Shown here in pieces: positions 10,566 through 20,957 of a stretch of DNA of 64,000 nucleotides. Position 1 is the first letter of the stretch. The number at the start of each line of letters is the position of its first letter. The stretch is from a virus (taxonomy: Duplodnaviria; Caudoviricetes): positions 1-64,000 of the IMG/VR virus record IMGVR_UViG_3300042314_000891; one strand, 5' to 3'. The notes below the pieces were generated by a model. It did not search any database, was not told where the DNA came from, and saw nothing but the letters and a program-made list of their open reading frames with translations. The translations under genes and the position numbers were made by a program.

Positions 10566-13500
10566 ATGGCAATTACAACTTTTCAGATAAGACGCGGTAG
10601 TCAAAGTGATAAAACAAATACATCACCTGGCTATTTAGCACAAGGTGAACCTTACTTAAATACTACAAAAAATACATTAGAAATCGGTACAGATGGTGCT
10701 GGTGGTGAAGCGGTATTTGTTGTATTGGGTACTAACACAGGTTCTTTAACTCTTACTGGAAACGTAACGGCATCAAATGCATCATTTTCAAACAATGTTA
10801 CTATTGGTGGTAGATTAACTGCAAACGAATACTATGTAACAACTATATCATCTTCAGTTTTACAAACATCAGGTTCAACTAGATTTGGTAATACATCGGA
10901 TGATAAGCATGAATTTACTGGTTCTGCTTGGCTAAATAACTATTTGTATTTAAAAGATTTATCAGCAGTAACATCTGATACTTTTTTAGTTATAGATGCA
11001 TCATCGGAAAATCGTGTTGGATATAAGACGGTTACAATGGGTGGAACTGGTCCACAAGGTGCTCAAGGAGCAACCGGTAATGCGGGTTCATCTGGAGTTA
11101 GTGGAACAAATGGTTCATCTGGTACATCAGGTTTACCTGGTACATCGGGTTTAAGTGGAACAAGTGGTTTAAGTGGTACAAGTGGGGATGAAGGTACAAG
11201 TGGATTAGATGGTACATCTGGTACGGATGGAGCACAAGGTAGACAAGGACCAACTGGTGTTCAAGGAGCACAAGGAAATCAAGGAGCAACAGGTCCACAA
11301 GGAAATCAAGGAGAAATCGGAGCACAGGGTGTACAAGGAATTGAAGGACCACAAGGAACGCAAGGTAATCAAGGTAATCAAGGAAATGTAGGACCGCAAG
11401 GAAATCAAGGAAATGTAGGACCACAAGGAACTCAAGGTACACAAGGTAATCAAGGAGAAACAGGTCAGCAAGGAGTACAAGGTAATCAAGGTATAACTGG
11501 TCCGCAAGGAACGCAAGGTACACAAGGAACTCAAGGAGAAACAGGTCAGCAAGGAGCACAGGGTAATCAAGGAAATGTAGGACCACAGGGTAATCAAGGA
11601 ATCGAAGGACCACAAGGTAATCAAGGAATTGAAGGGCCACAAGGAAATCAGGGTAACACAGGTCCGCAAGGAACGCAAGGTAATCAAGGTGTACAAGGAA
11701 TTGAAGGACCGCAAGGTAATCAAGGAAATGTAGGACCGCAAGGAACGCAAGGTACACAAGGAACGCAAGGTAATCAAGGAATTGAAGGACCGCAAGGAAC
11801 GCAGGGTACACAAGGTAATCAAGGAACACAAGGAACGCAAGGAACGCAGGGAATTGAAGGAGCACAGGGTAATCAAGGAGCAAGCGGTACAAGTGGAAAC
11901 GATGGTACATCAGGAACTACTGGTACAAGTGGAACGAGTGGTACAAATGGTACAAATGGTACTAATGGTACATCGGGAGCACAAGGTTCACAAGGACCGC
12001 AAGGTAATCAAGGAGCAAATGGTTCATCGGGTACGGATGGAACGGGTGGTACATCTGGTGTAAACGCACCAGTGGTTGCAAACTATTATGGTGAGTTCTT
12101 ATCATCAGGTTCCCAAACCGTAACTGCAGCAAATATAGCAACAACTGCATCATTTGATACCACAAATGAAAATCAAGGTATAATAAGACAAAACGCTACA
12201 CATATTCAATTCCAATATAGTGGTACATATGAGGTTGCATATACTGCAAATGTATCAAAAACTACACCTGGTTCTGATATAGTTGATATTTGGGCAAAAT
12301 TAAATGGAACAAACATTTCTGGTTCAAATTTAGAAAGAACGATACGTGATGCAAATTCAATAGGAGCAATTACTAATGTATTTTTAATACAAGCAAATGC
12401 TAATGATTTTATTGAGATTTGTTTTTCATCAGCTGATAACACAATTAAATTAATATCCACAGCAGCTCAAGTTTCACCTAATAGACCATTTGCACCATCT
12501 ATTTTGGTAAGTGCAAAGCAAGTTGATAGAGTATTTGGTTCTACATCAGGTACATCTGGAGCAAATGGTACATCGGGAACAACTGGTGTAGATGGTACAT
12601 CGGGTATAAATGGTACATCTGGTATAAATGGTTCGCAAGGAGCACAAGGACCAACTGGTCCACAAGGTAATCAAGGAATTGATGGAACACAGGGTAATCA
12701 AGGACCAACTGGAGCACAAGGAAATCAAGGTGTTCAAGGAACACAAGGAACGCAGGGTGTAAATGGAACACAAGGTACACAAGGACCACAAGGGGTACAA
12801 GGTATAGATGGTGTTCAAGGAACACAAGGAACGCAGGGAGTACAAGGAACTCAAGGAGTTGAAGGTACACAAGGTACGCAAGGAAATCAGGGACCAACTG
12901 GTCCACAAGGAAATCAGGGTATAACTGGACCTCAAGGTAATCAAGGAACAACTGGTCCGCAAGGAAATCAAGGAATTGATGGAACGCAGGGAAATCAAGG
13001 ACCAACTGGTACACAAGGAACGCAGGGAGTACAAGGAACACAAGGTAATCAAGGTACAATCGGCCCACAAGGAAATCAAGGTATTGATGGAACGCAAGGT
13101 AATCAAGGACCAACTGGTCCGCAGGGAAATCAAGGAAATACTGGACCTCAAGGTAATCAAGGAATTGAAGGGACGCAGGGAACACAAGGAGAAACCGGAG
13201 TACAAGGAAATATCGGACCGCAAGGTAATCAAGGACCAAATGGTACACAAGGTAATCAAGGGCCAAACGGACCACAAGGTGATATTGGTTCTCAAGGTAG
13301 ACAAGGACCAATTGGTCCACAAGGATACCAAGGAGAAACTGGCCCACAAGGAGTTCAAGGAGAAACTGGAGCAAATGGTACAAGTGGTGTAAACGGAACA
13401 TCTGGAAGTAGTGGAACACATGGTTTAAGTGGCTCATCGGGAACTTCGGGTGAAAATGGTACTAGTGGATTAAGTGGCTCATCGGGAAGTAGTGGAAACA

Positions 13501-15227
13501 ACGGAACATCGGGTTCTTCTGGTTTAGATGGTACAAATGGAACATCGGGTGTAAGTGGAACATCTGGAGCAAATGGTACAAATGGTACATCCGGAGTAAA
13601 CGGAGCAAATGGAACAAGTGGAGTAAATGGAGCACAAGGACCGCAAGGTACAATTGGTACATCTGGAATAAGTGGAGCAAGAAACTTTAGCGTTGTTAAT
13701 AGTGGAGCATCTGCATATACAATAGATGGTGCATCTAATCCAACTTTAAATTTAATACGTGGATTTACATATACATTTACAGTAAGTGCAACAGGTCATC
13801 CGTTTTGGATACAAACTACTGCTGGAGCATATAGTTCTGGTAATGTATATAATAGTGGTGTAACAAATAATGGAACTCAAAGCGGTACTATTACATTTGC
13901 AATACCATACAATGCTCCTAGTACATTATACTATGTTTGTCAGTTCCATTCTTCAATGCAAGGAACGATTAACATTTCCGATTTAGGACCAATTGGACCA
14001 CAAGGAAATCAAGGAGCAAGTGGAACATCGGGAACAACTGGAACATCGGGTACAACAAATGGTTCGGCATACACACATACACAAGTAGTAGAAGATACAA
14101 ATTGGGTAATAACCCATGCTTTAGGAAATGAATACCCATCAGTAACCGTATATGATGTTAATGGGTATGTAATGATACCACAATCAATTAAATCCGATTC
14201 TATAAACCAAACAACAATAACATTTAGTGTTCCATTCGCTGGTTATGCTATGTTTACATTTGGTGTAGGAACGGGGGTATCTGGTTCATCTGGTTCATCT
14301 GGTGTAAATGGTACTTTCTTTGGAACAAACGGTACAAGTGGAGCACAGGGTAATCAAGGACCAACTGGTCCACAAGGTAATCAGGGTGCAACTGGTCTAT
14401 TAGGACCTCAAGGTGCAGAAGGACCACAAGGAAATACTGGCTCAAATGGAGAAAACGGAACATCGGGAGCAAACGGAACATCTGGTACATCTGGCGTAAG
14501 TGGTACAAGTGGAGTTAATGGTACAAGTGGAGTTAATGGTACAAGTGGAATAAACGGAGCACAAGGAAATCAAGGAGCAACTGGTACATCGGGTGTAAGT
14601 GGAGCACAAGGAGCAACTGGACCACAAGGAGCAGCTGGCTCAACTGGACCAACCGGTCCACAAGGAAATCAAGGAGCAACTGGAGCAAGTGGAACATCGG
14701 GTACATCGGCAACTGGTGGTACGGTGAGTGTAAGTGGAACTACAAATAAAGTAGTTAAATTTGCAACCTCATCTACATTAGGAACTGCAACTCAAATTAC
14801 TGATAATGGTACTAATGTTTTAATTGGACCTGTTGCATCTGATAATACAACTGATAGATTACAAGTTTCTGGTTCAATAGTAGCAAGTGGTGATGTTGCA
14901 TCATTTGGTACTCCATCTGATATTCAGTTAAAAGATAATCTAACTCCAATCGCTGGGGCATTAGATAAGGTAATGGGATTAAACGGATACGAATACGAAT
15001 GGAATGGTAAAGCAATCCACGCAACCTTTATGGGTGTTACGAAAGATATAGGAGTTATAGCACAAGAAGTAGAAAAGGTATTCCCACAATTAGTAAGAAT
15101 GGGTGATAATGGATATTTAACGGTAAGAGAAAGAGGTTTAACTGCGGTACTTATAGAAGCAATTAAAGAACAACAATCTCAAATTGTAGAATTAAGAAAC
15201 GAAATACAAAAATTAAAAAATAGTTAA
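10566..15227 (+). CDS. Collagen-like long tail fibre with C-terminal peptidase S74 intramolecular chaperone
   Basis: N-terminal FQIRRG...LAQGEP; hundreds of G-X-Y triplets (GPQ, GNQ, GTQ, GTS); SDIQLKDNL...GVIAQEVEKVFP S74 motif. Confidence 0.85.
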   Translation: MAITTFQIRRGSQSDKTNTSPGYLAQGEPYLNTTKNTLEIGTDGAGGEAVFVVLGTNTGSLTLTGNVTASNASFSNNVTIGGRLTANEYYVTTISSSVLQTSGSTRFGNTSDDKHEFTGSAWLNNYLYLKDLSAVTSDTFLVIDASSENRVGYKTVTMGGTGPQGAQGATGNAGSSGVSGTNGSSGTSGLPGTSGLSGTSGLSGTSGDEGTSGLDGTSGTDGAQGRQGPTGVQGAQGNQGATGPQGNQGEIGAQGVQGIEGPQGTQGNQGNQGNVGPQGNQGNVGPQGTQGTQGNQGETGQQGVQGNQGITGPQGTQGTQGTQGETGQQGAQGNQGNVGPQGNQGIEGPQGNQGIEGPQGNQGNTGPQGTQGNQGVQGIEGPQGNQGNVGPQGTQGTQGTQGNQGIEGPQGTQGTQGNQGTQGTQGTQGIEGAQGNQGASGTSGNDGTSGTTGTSGTSGTNGTNGTNGTSGAQGSQGPQGNQGANGSSGTDGTGGTSGVNAPVVANYYGEFLSSGSQTVTAANIATTASFDTTNENQGIIRQNATHIQFQYSGTYEVAYTANVSKTTPGSDIVDIWAKLNGTNISGSNLERTIRDANSIGAITNVFLIQANANDFIEICFSSADNTIKLISTAAQVSPNRPFAPSILVSAKQVDRVFGSTSGTSGANGTSGTTGVDGTSGINGTSGINGSQGAQGPTGPQGNQGIDGTQGNQGPTGAQGNQGVQGTQGTQGVNGTQGTQGPQGVQGIDGVQGTQGTQGVQGTQGVEGTQGTQGNQGPTGPQGNQGITGPQGNQGTTGPQGNQGIDGTQGNQGPTGTQGTQGVQGTQGNQGTIGPQGNQGIDGTQGNQGPTGPQGNQGNTGPQGNQGIEGTQGTQGETGVQGNIGPQGNQGPNGTQGNQGPNGPQGDIGSQGRQGPIGPQGYQGETGPQGVQGETGANGTSGVNGTSGSSGTHGLSGSSGTSGENGTSGLSGSSGSSGNNGTSGSSGLDGTNGTSGVSGTSGANGTNGTSGVNGANGTSGVNGAQGPQGTIGTSGISGARNFSVVNSGASAYTIDGASNPTLNLIRGFTYTFTVSATGHPFWIQTTAGAYSSGNVYNSGVTNNGTQSGTITFAIPYNAPSTLYYVCQFHSSMQGTINISDLGPIGPQGNQGASGTSGTTGTSGTTNGSAYTHTQVVEDTNWVITHALGNEYPSVTVYDVNGYVMIPQSIKSDSINQTTITFSVPFAGYAMFTFGVGTGVSGSSGSSGVNGTFFGTNGTSGAQGNQGPTGPQGNQGATGLLGPQGAEGPQGNTGSNGENGTSGANGTSGTSGVSGTSGVNGTSGVNGTSGINGAQGNQGATGTSGVSGAQGATGPQGAAGSTGPTGPQGNQGATGASGTSGTSATGGTVSVSGTTNKVVKFATSSTLGTATQITDNGTNVLIGPVASDNTTDRLQVSGSIVASGDVASFGTPSDIQLKDNLTPIAGALDKVMGLNGYEYEWNGKAIHATFMGVTKDIGVIAQEVEKVFPQLVRMGDNGYLTVRERGLTAVLIEAIKEQQSQIVELRNEIQKLKNS

Positions 15228-15229
15228 TA

Positions 15230-16144
15230 ATGCAAATACATAGTAGTTCGATTACTGGCTCATTAAATGTAACAGGTAGTTTATCTGTAAAAGGAAATAT
15301 TACTGCCGAACAATATATCATATCAACATCTGTATATTATGTTACTCAATCATCCGTATCAGGTTCATTTAACTTTGGTAATTCGTTAGATGATGCACAT
15401 ACTATGACTGGTTCATTTGGTTTAACTGGTTCATTATCATTATTAGGACCATTAAGTATAAATGGTACATCATATACTGCGGCTACTTCTGGTACATCTG
15501 GAGTACAAGGACCACAAGGAAATCAAGGACCAAACGGAAACGATGGTTCAACAGGTCCACAGGGAAATCAGGGACCAAACGGAAACAATGGTTCAACCGG
15601 CCCACAAGGTAATCAGGGACCAACTGGTCCACAAGGAGCAGCGGGTTCTAATGGAGCACAAGGAGCAGCAGGTTCTAACGGTTCAACTGGTCCACAAGGT
15701 GTACAAGGAACTGCTGGTTCTAACGGCTCAACAGGTCCACAAGGACCAACAGGTCCGACGGGTAATCCATTTGGTGGTGGAACTTTTACAGGTGGTATAG
15801 CAGTACAAGGTTCAATTACTGCAACTGGTGATATTACTGCTTACGATACATCAGATAGAAGATTAAAAGAAAAAATTGAACCAATTGTAAATGCATTATC
15901 TAAAATAAACAAAATTAGTGGAAATACATTTGATTGGAAAGAAGGATTTGATGAAATACATTCTCATAAAGGCAAAGATGTTGGTATAATAGCACAAGAG
16001 ATACAAGAAATCTTACCTGAAATAGTAGTAGAAAGAAATAGTGGATACCTTGCAGTTCAATATGAAAAAATAATAGCTCTTTTAATCGAAGCAATCAAAG
16101 AACAGCAAAAACAAATCGAAGAAATTAAAGAAAAAATCGGTTAA
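15230..16144 (+). CDS. Short collagen-like fibre with S74 chaperone
   Basis: G-X-Y repeats; SDRRLKEKI...VGIIAQEIQEILPE. Confidence 0.8.
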   Translation: MQIHSSSITGSLNVTGSLSVKGNITAEQYIISTSVYYVTQSSVSGSFNFGNSLDDAHTMTGSFGLTGSLSLLGPLSINGTSYTAATSGTSGVQGPQGNQGPNGNDGSTGPQGNQGPNGNNGSTGPQGNQGPTGPQGAAGSNGAQGAAGSNGSTGPQGVQGTAGSNGSTGPQGPTGPTGNPFGGGTFTGGIAVQGSITATGDITAYDTSDRRLKEKIEPIVNALSKINKISGNTFDWKEGFDEIHSHKGKDVGIIAQEIQEILPEIVVERNSGYLAVQYEKIIALLIEAIKEQQKQIEEIKEKIG

Positions 16145-16203
16145 ATTTTAACGTTTGAGTAGAAAACCATATATTTATATATATAAAATAAACAATATAA
16201 GTT

Positions 16204-16446
16204 ATGCAAATTAAAGAAGAATACAAGAATAAAATTATCGAATTACGTGATAGTTTTAATGATATTGTTATTTCATTAGGTCAATTGGCAATTCAGAAAG
16301 CTACAATTGAAAGAGATGAAAAATTCTTACAAGAACAATATCAACAATTTGGTTTAGAAGAGAAAGAATTATTATCTAAAATCCAAACCGAATATGGTGA
16401 AGGAAATTTAGATATTGATACTGGGGAATTTACACCAAAACAATAA
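16204..16446 (+). CDS. Small coiled-coil hypothetical protein
   Basis: 80 aa with heptad pattern; upstream TATTTATA motif. Confidence 0.65.
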   Translation: MQIKEEYKNKIIELRDSFNDIVISLGQLAIQKATIERDEKFLQEQYQQFGLEEKELLSKIQTEYGEGNLDIDTGEFTPKQ

Positions 16447-16522
16447 ACAAATATATCTTTTCATCACAATCTTATATATTTATATTAAGATAAAAAATTA
16501 TTATTAAAAGGAGAAATTAAAA

Positions 16523-18799
16523 ATGGCTGAAAAAATCGTATCACCTGGTGTTTTCACTAGAGAGAATGATTTATCTTTTATAGCACAGGGTGTTGGTGCA
16601 ATCGGTGGAGTTTTCATCGGACCTTTAAAGCAGGGACCAGCATTCAAACCTACAATTGTAAATACTCAATCTGAATTTGAAGATATTTTTGGTGTTGTTG
16701 ATAGCACTTACTATACTGAAAACGCAGTACAAAATTATTTAAGAGAAACTGGTGTAGCAACAATCGTAAGAGTTGCTGGATTAGGTGGATATAAAGAATT
16801 AGGACCAATCGGTGTTATAGCATCTGGTAGTGGATTTAAAAAATTAGTTTATACATTAAACAATACCGAAACGGCAAATACATCCGCATCATTTAGTGAT
16901 GTAGCTATTACCGCATCTACTTCACCTGCTCCACTTGCTGATTTATTAAGCATAAATGGAACTCACATTGGTACTTTTGGTGATTCTAACCAATTTTCAA
17001 TTTCACCAGCTGACCCATATGCAGTTACTAAAACTTTTGGAACATCTCCATTGGGAGCTAAAAACGCATATGCATATACTTATTTTGAAAATATTTTAGG
17101 AACTACGCATTATAGTGCATCTGCAGTAATTTTACCATTACAAAACTTTAGTGAGGGTGCAGTTGGAGCTTCAACTCCATACATTCAATCTCAATTAGTT
17201 GCAGGTACTAACTACGATTTATTTAAAGTTAAAACTATTGCAGATGGTAACGCTGAAAACACAAGATTTAAAATTGTAATTTCAGATGTTAAAGCAGCTG
17301 GTTCAGTTGCTGGTTCAGATTACGCAACATTTACATTACAAGTTAGAAAGTACAACGATACTGATAAGAGAAAATATGTATTAGAAACTTATTCTAACTT
17401 AAATTTAGACCCAACATCACCTAACTATATTGCAAGAGCAATTGGTGATAGATATATAACAACTGATGCAAGTGGAAAGATTACCGAATATGGTGATTAC
17501 TCTAACAAATCTCGTTACATCTATATTGAAATGGGTAACATAGATGCAATACCTGTAACGGCTGCACCATATGGTAACGCTGGTTACTCACACCCAATTG
17601 CAGCTGGTATTTATACTGGTTCATTGGTAGATGTTTCTTACAAATCTACTTCTGTATCTTCAACTACACCTGGTGGATTTGATTTTGAAGGAACATTATC
17701 AGCAGATAATACACAATTCTTAAAACCAATTCCACAAGGATTTACAACATCATCGGCATTTTCATTAGATGTAACCGCTGGTTTACCATTAACTGGTTCA
17801 GCAGCAGATGCGGTAGCTAAAAGAGCATTTGTAGTAGCATTACAAGGTGGTTTTGATGGTATGAGCCCGGCTAAATCAATTGCTAAAGGTTCATCTATTA
17901 CAAACACAAATTCACAAGGATTTGATTTATCATCTGCTAGTACAAGTGGTTCGATAGCATACCAAAGAGCATTAGACGCAATTTCTAATCAAGACGAATA
18001 TGATATTAACTTGGTAGTTATGCCGGGTGTTATTCAAACATTACATACATCGGTAGCACAAGCTGGTATTGATTTGTGTGAAGCTCGTACTGATTGTTTC
18101 TACATTATGGATTCAGTAGCACAAGATGGTACAATCGCTGGAGCAGTTGGAGTAGCAGAAGGTTTAGATACTAACTACGCAGCAACTTACTACCCTTGGA
18201 TTAAGACAATTGATTTGAATACTAACAAAATGGTAGCAGTTCCACCATCGGTATTAATGCCAGCGGTATTTGCAGCTAACGATAATTCAGCAGCTGAATG
18301 GTTTGCACCGGCAGGTTTGAATCGTGGTGGTATTACGGGAGCAATTGGTGTAGTAAATCGTCTAACTCATTCTGATAGAGATACATTGTACGAAGGAAAA
18401 GTAAACCCAATCGCACAATTCCCAGGACAAGGTATCGTAGCATTTGGACAAAAGACTTTACAATCTAGACCATCTGCATTAGATAGAATTAACGTAAGAA
18501 GATTGTTGATTACAGTTAAAAAGTATATCGCATCTACTTCGAGATATTTGGTATTTGAACAAAATAGTACAGAAACTAGAAACAGATTCTTAAACACAGT
18601 AAATCCATATTTAGAGGGTATCCAACAAAGACAAGGTTTATATTCGTTTAGAGTTGTAATGGATGATTCAAATAATACACCTGACGTAATTGATAGAAAC
18701 ATATTACAAGGAGCAATTTTCTTACAACCTACTAAAACTGCTGAATTTATCCAAATTGACTTCAACATTTTACCAACTGGTGCAACTTTTGGAGCATAA
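16523..18799 (+). CDS. Contractile tail sheath protein
   Basis: SPGVFTRENDLS, WFAPAGLNRG, DRINVRRL, LQPTKTAEFI. Confidence 0.95.
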   Translation: MAEKIVSPGVFTRENDLSFIAQGVGAIGGVFIGPLKQGPAFKPTIVNTQSEFEDIFGVVDSTYYTENAVQNYLRETGVATIVRVAGLGGYKELGPIGVIASGSGFKKLVYTLNNTETANTSASFSDVAITASTSPAPLADLLSINGTHIGTFGDSNQFSISPADPYAVTKTFGTSPLGAKNAYAYTYFENILGTTHYSASAVILPLQNFSEGAVGASTPYIQSQLVAGTNYDLFKVKTIADGNAENTRFKIVISDVKAAGSVAGSDYATFTLQVRKYNDTDKRKYVLETYSNLNLDPTSPNYIARAIGDRYITTDASGKITEYGDYSNKSRYIYIEMGNIDAIPVTAAPYGNAGYSHPIAAGIYTGSLVDVSYKSTSVSSTTPGGFDFEGTLSADNTQFLKPIPQGFTTSSAFSLDVTAGLPLTGSAADAVAKRAFVVALQGGFDGMSPAKSIAKGSSITNTNSQGFDLSSASTSGSIAYQRALDAISNQDEYDINLVVMPGVIQTLHTSVAQAGIDLCEARTDCFYIMDSVAQDGTIAGAVGVAEGLDTNYAATYYPWIKTIDLNTNKMVAVPPSVLMPAVFAANDNSAAEWFAPAGLNRGGITGAIGVVNRLTHSDRDTLYEGKVNPIAQFPGQGIVAFGQKTLQSRPSALDRINVRRLLITVKKYIASTSRYLVFEQNSTETRNRFLNTVNPYLEGIQQRQGLYSFRVVMDDSNNTPDVIDRNILQGAIFLQPTKTAEFIQIDFNILPTGATFGA

Positions 18800-18850
18800 T
18801 AAATTTAAAAAACATATATTTATATAAAAGATATAAGGAGAATATAAAAA

Positions 18851-19339
18851 ATGGCAGACGTATTAGGGTATGATAAGATTTTTTATCAAAATTTTGAACC
18901 CAAATTAGCTAATAGATTTGTAATGGAAATCGGTGGTATCCCATCGTTTATGATAAAAGCGGCTAACAGACCAAAATATACAAGTGAAACAGTAATATTG
19001 GACCACATCAACGTAAAACGTAAGATTAAAGGAAAATCTGATTGGTCTGATTTAACAATCACTTTGTATGACCCAATTGTTCCATCTGGAGCACAGGCGG
19101 TAATGGAATGGATTAGAACTTCACATGAATCTATTACAGGTCGTGATGGTTATGCAGATTTCTACAAAAAAGATATTAGCATTTACGCATTAGGACCAGT
19201 TGGCGATAAAGTAGAAGAGTGGAAATTGATAGGAGCATTTATTTCAGCAGCCGAATTTGGTGATATGGATTGGAGTTCAAATGACCCTGTAAATATTACA
19301 GTAACTCTTTCAATGGATTATTGTGTATTAGAATACTAA
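18851..19339 (+). CDS. Tail tube protein (gp19-like)
   Basis: Follows sheath; FEPKLANRF, WSDLTITLYDPI, YKKDI. Confidence 0.9.
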   Translation: MADVLGYDKIFYQNFEPKLANRFVMEIGGIPSFMIKAANRPKYTSETVILDHINVKRKIKGKSDWSDLTITLYDPIVPSGAQAVMEWIRTSHESITGRDGYADFYKKDISIYALGPVGDKVEEWKLIGAFISAAEFGDMDWSSNDPVNITVTLSMDYCVLEY

Positions 19340-19363
19340 TATTAACAAAATTAAAAATTTAAG

Positions 19364-19394
19364 AAAAGTGTGTAATTTTTTACACACTTTTTTT
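19364..19394 (+). terminator. Intrinsic terminator after tail tube
   Basis: AAAAGTGTGTAA/TTACACACTTTT stem followed by T run. Confidence 0.8.
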
Positions 19395-19428
19395 GTTTTG
19401 GTATATTTATATATACAAAAATAATGTT

Positions 19429-19653
19429 ATGGAATTAGGACAATTTGCAATAATCAAATCTCTATTAACTGAAATTAGAGATTTACTCAAAGAGCAACAA
19501 CCTGCTCAAACTAAAGGATTACTTTTGGATAGTGTGCAAAAGTTTTCATCACATATAGATGAAAATAAATGTTCTTGTGGTAATCTACCAAATGAACTAT
19601 GTACAAGACCAGATTGTATTAGACAAATAGGAATAAAAAACAATTTATTATAA
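19429..19653 (+). CDS. Hypothetical protein with Cys-rich C-terminus
   Basis: Start moved to ATG 19429, downstream of the terminator and TATTTATA; CSCG...CTRPDC. Confidence 0.55.
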   Translation: MELGQFAIIKSLLTEIRDLLKEQQPAQTKGLLLDSVQKFSSHIDENKCSCGNLPNELCTRPDCIRQIGIKNNLL

Positions 19654-19658
19654 GTTAT

Positions 19659-20504
19659 ATGGAAGAGAATTTAAGTATTTCACGTGGTACGCAACCAATT
19701 CAGGCGAAACCACAAACGGAACAAACACCACAACCAACACCAGTAAAAACATTTGATTTTCCAACTCAAATAATTTCATTACCATCGGAAGGAAAGTGCT
19801 ATCCTGCATCAAATCCGTTAAGTAAGGGAACTTTGGAAATTAAATATATGACTGCAAAAGAAGAAGATATACTTTCTTCACAAAATTTAATCCGTAAAGG
19901 TATTGTATTAGATAAATTATTTGAATCGGTAATTGTTCAACCGGATGTGAATTGTGATGATATTGTAATTGGTGATAAGAATGCAGTATTTCTTGCAACT
20001 CGTGTGTTGGGTTATGGGCCTGATTATGAAGTAGAAGTTACTGACCCATTTAGTGGTGAAAGACAAAAAGTAACAATAGACCTTTCGGAAATACAAACAA
20101 AAGATATTGATTTCAGTATATTAAATGCAGAAAATCGTTATGAGTTTGAATTACCAACATCTAAAAAGAAAATAACATTTAAGTTATTAACTCACAAAGA
20201 TGAAAAGGATATAAACGCTGAAATCCAAGCATTAGAAAGATTATCTAAAAACAAAGATAATACTTCAGATGTATCTACTCGTTTAAAATATATGATTACA
20301 TCGGTGGATGGTGATACTGATAAGGGAAATATCAATAAGTTTGCTAAAAATATGTTAGCAAGAGATACAAGAGTAATTAGAGATTATATTAAATTAATCT
20401 CACCTGATTTGAACCTTAAATACGATTTCACATCTGAAATCACAGGCGAAACGGAGGCGCTAGACATCCCATTTGGGATTAGCTTTTTTTACCCTACCAA
20501 TTGA
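19659..20504 (+). CDS. Baseplate hub assembly / tail assembly chaperone (gp26-like)
   Basis: LPSEGKCY, IKYMTAKEEDIL, C-terminal IPFGISFFYP. Confidence 0.8.
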   Translation: MEENLSISRGTQPIQAKPQTEQTPQPTPVKTFDFPTQIISLPSEGKCYPASNPLSKGTLEIKYMTAKEEDILSSQNLIRKGIVLDKLFESVIVQPDVNCDDIVIGDKNAVFLATRVLGYGPDYEVEVTDPFSGERQKVTIDLSEIQTKDIDFSILNAENRYEFELPTSKKKITFKLLTHKDEKDINAEIQALERLSKNKDNTSDVSTRLKYMITSVDGDTDKGNINKFAKNMLARDTRVIRDYIKLISPDLNLKYDFTSEITGETEALDIPFGISFFYPTN

Positions 20505-20685
20505 TTATAGTTTAAAACTTCACGAAGAGATATTCTTTTTGATATTGGGTGGAGGAGGTGGTTTTACATTTGCGGATGTATATAATTTACCACTACATAT
20601 ACGCAGATTATATGTGAATCAATTGATTAAAGTTAAAAAAGAAGAAAAGGAACAAATTGAAAAAGCAAACAGAGTTAGGAGATAA
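20473..20685 (+). CDS. Tail assembly chaperone extension (gp51-like), possibly made by frameshift
   Basis: Overlaps the previous gene in +1 frame across a T7 run; GGGFTFADVYNLPLHIRRLY; no ATG start. Confidence 0.6.
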   Translation: MGLAFFTLPIDYSLKLHEEIFFLILGGGGGFTFADVYNLPLHIRRLYVNQLIKVKKEEKEQIEKANRVRR

Positions 20686-20703
20686 TAAATCCTAACTTTT
20701 TTT
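20673..20703 (+). terminator. Intrinsic terminator
   Basis: AGTTAGGA/TCCTAACT stem plus T run. Confidence 0.75.
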
Positions 20704-20739
20704 GTTTATGGATATTTATATAAGATAAATCACATCATT

Positions 20740-20952
20740 ATGAAACTAAAAGAAAATAAAGCCGTATTATCAGAAAGTCTATTAAATAAAATTGTTGATA
20801 ATTTCTTCAAAGCATTACAAAAAGGTGTATCGGATAACTATATAGCAGCAGCTGATAAAGCTGGTATGCACCCAACTGCAATAAAAGCAATGAAAAATAT
20901 TGAAGACCAATATGGCGATTTATTGAAGCAAATTAGACAAAGTAATAACTAA
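20740..20952 (+). CDS. Hypothetical protein
   Basis: ORF after TATTTATA motif. Confidence 0.6.
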   Translation: MKLKENKAVLSESLLNKIVDNFFKALQKGVSDNYIAAADKAGMHPTAIKAMKNIEDQYGDLLKQIRQSNN

Positions 20953-20957
20953 TAGTA

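Noticed and set aside
11098-15800. Long antisense and alternate-frame ORFs, and periodic 9-nt repeats suggesting a CRISPR or satellite array
   Set aside because: By-products of G-X-Y collagen codon repeats; no constant repeat with unique spacers.
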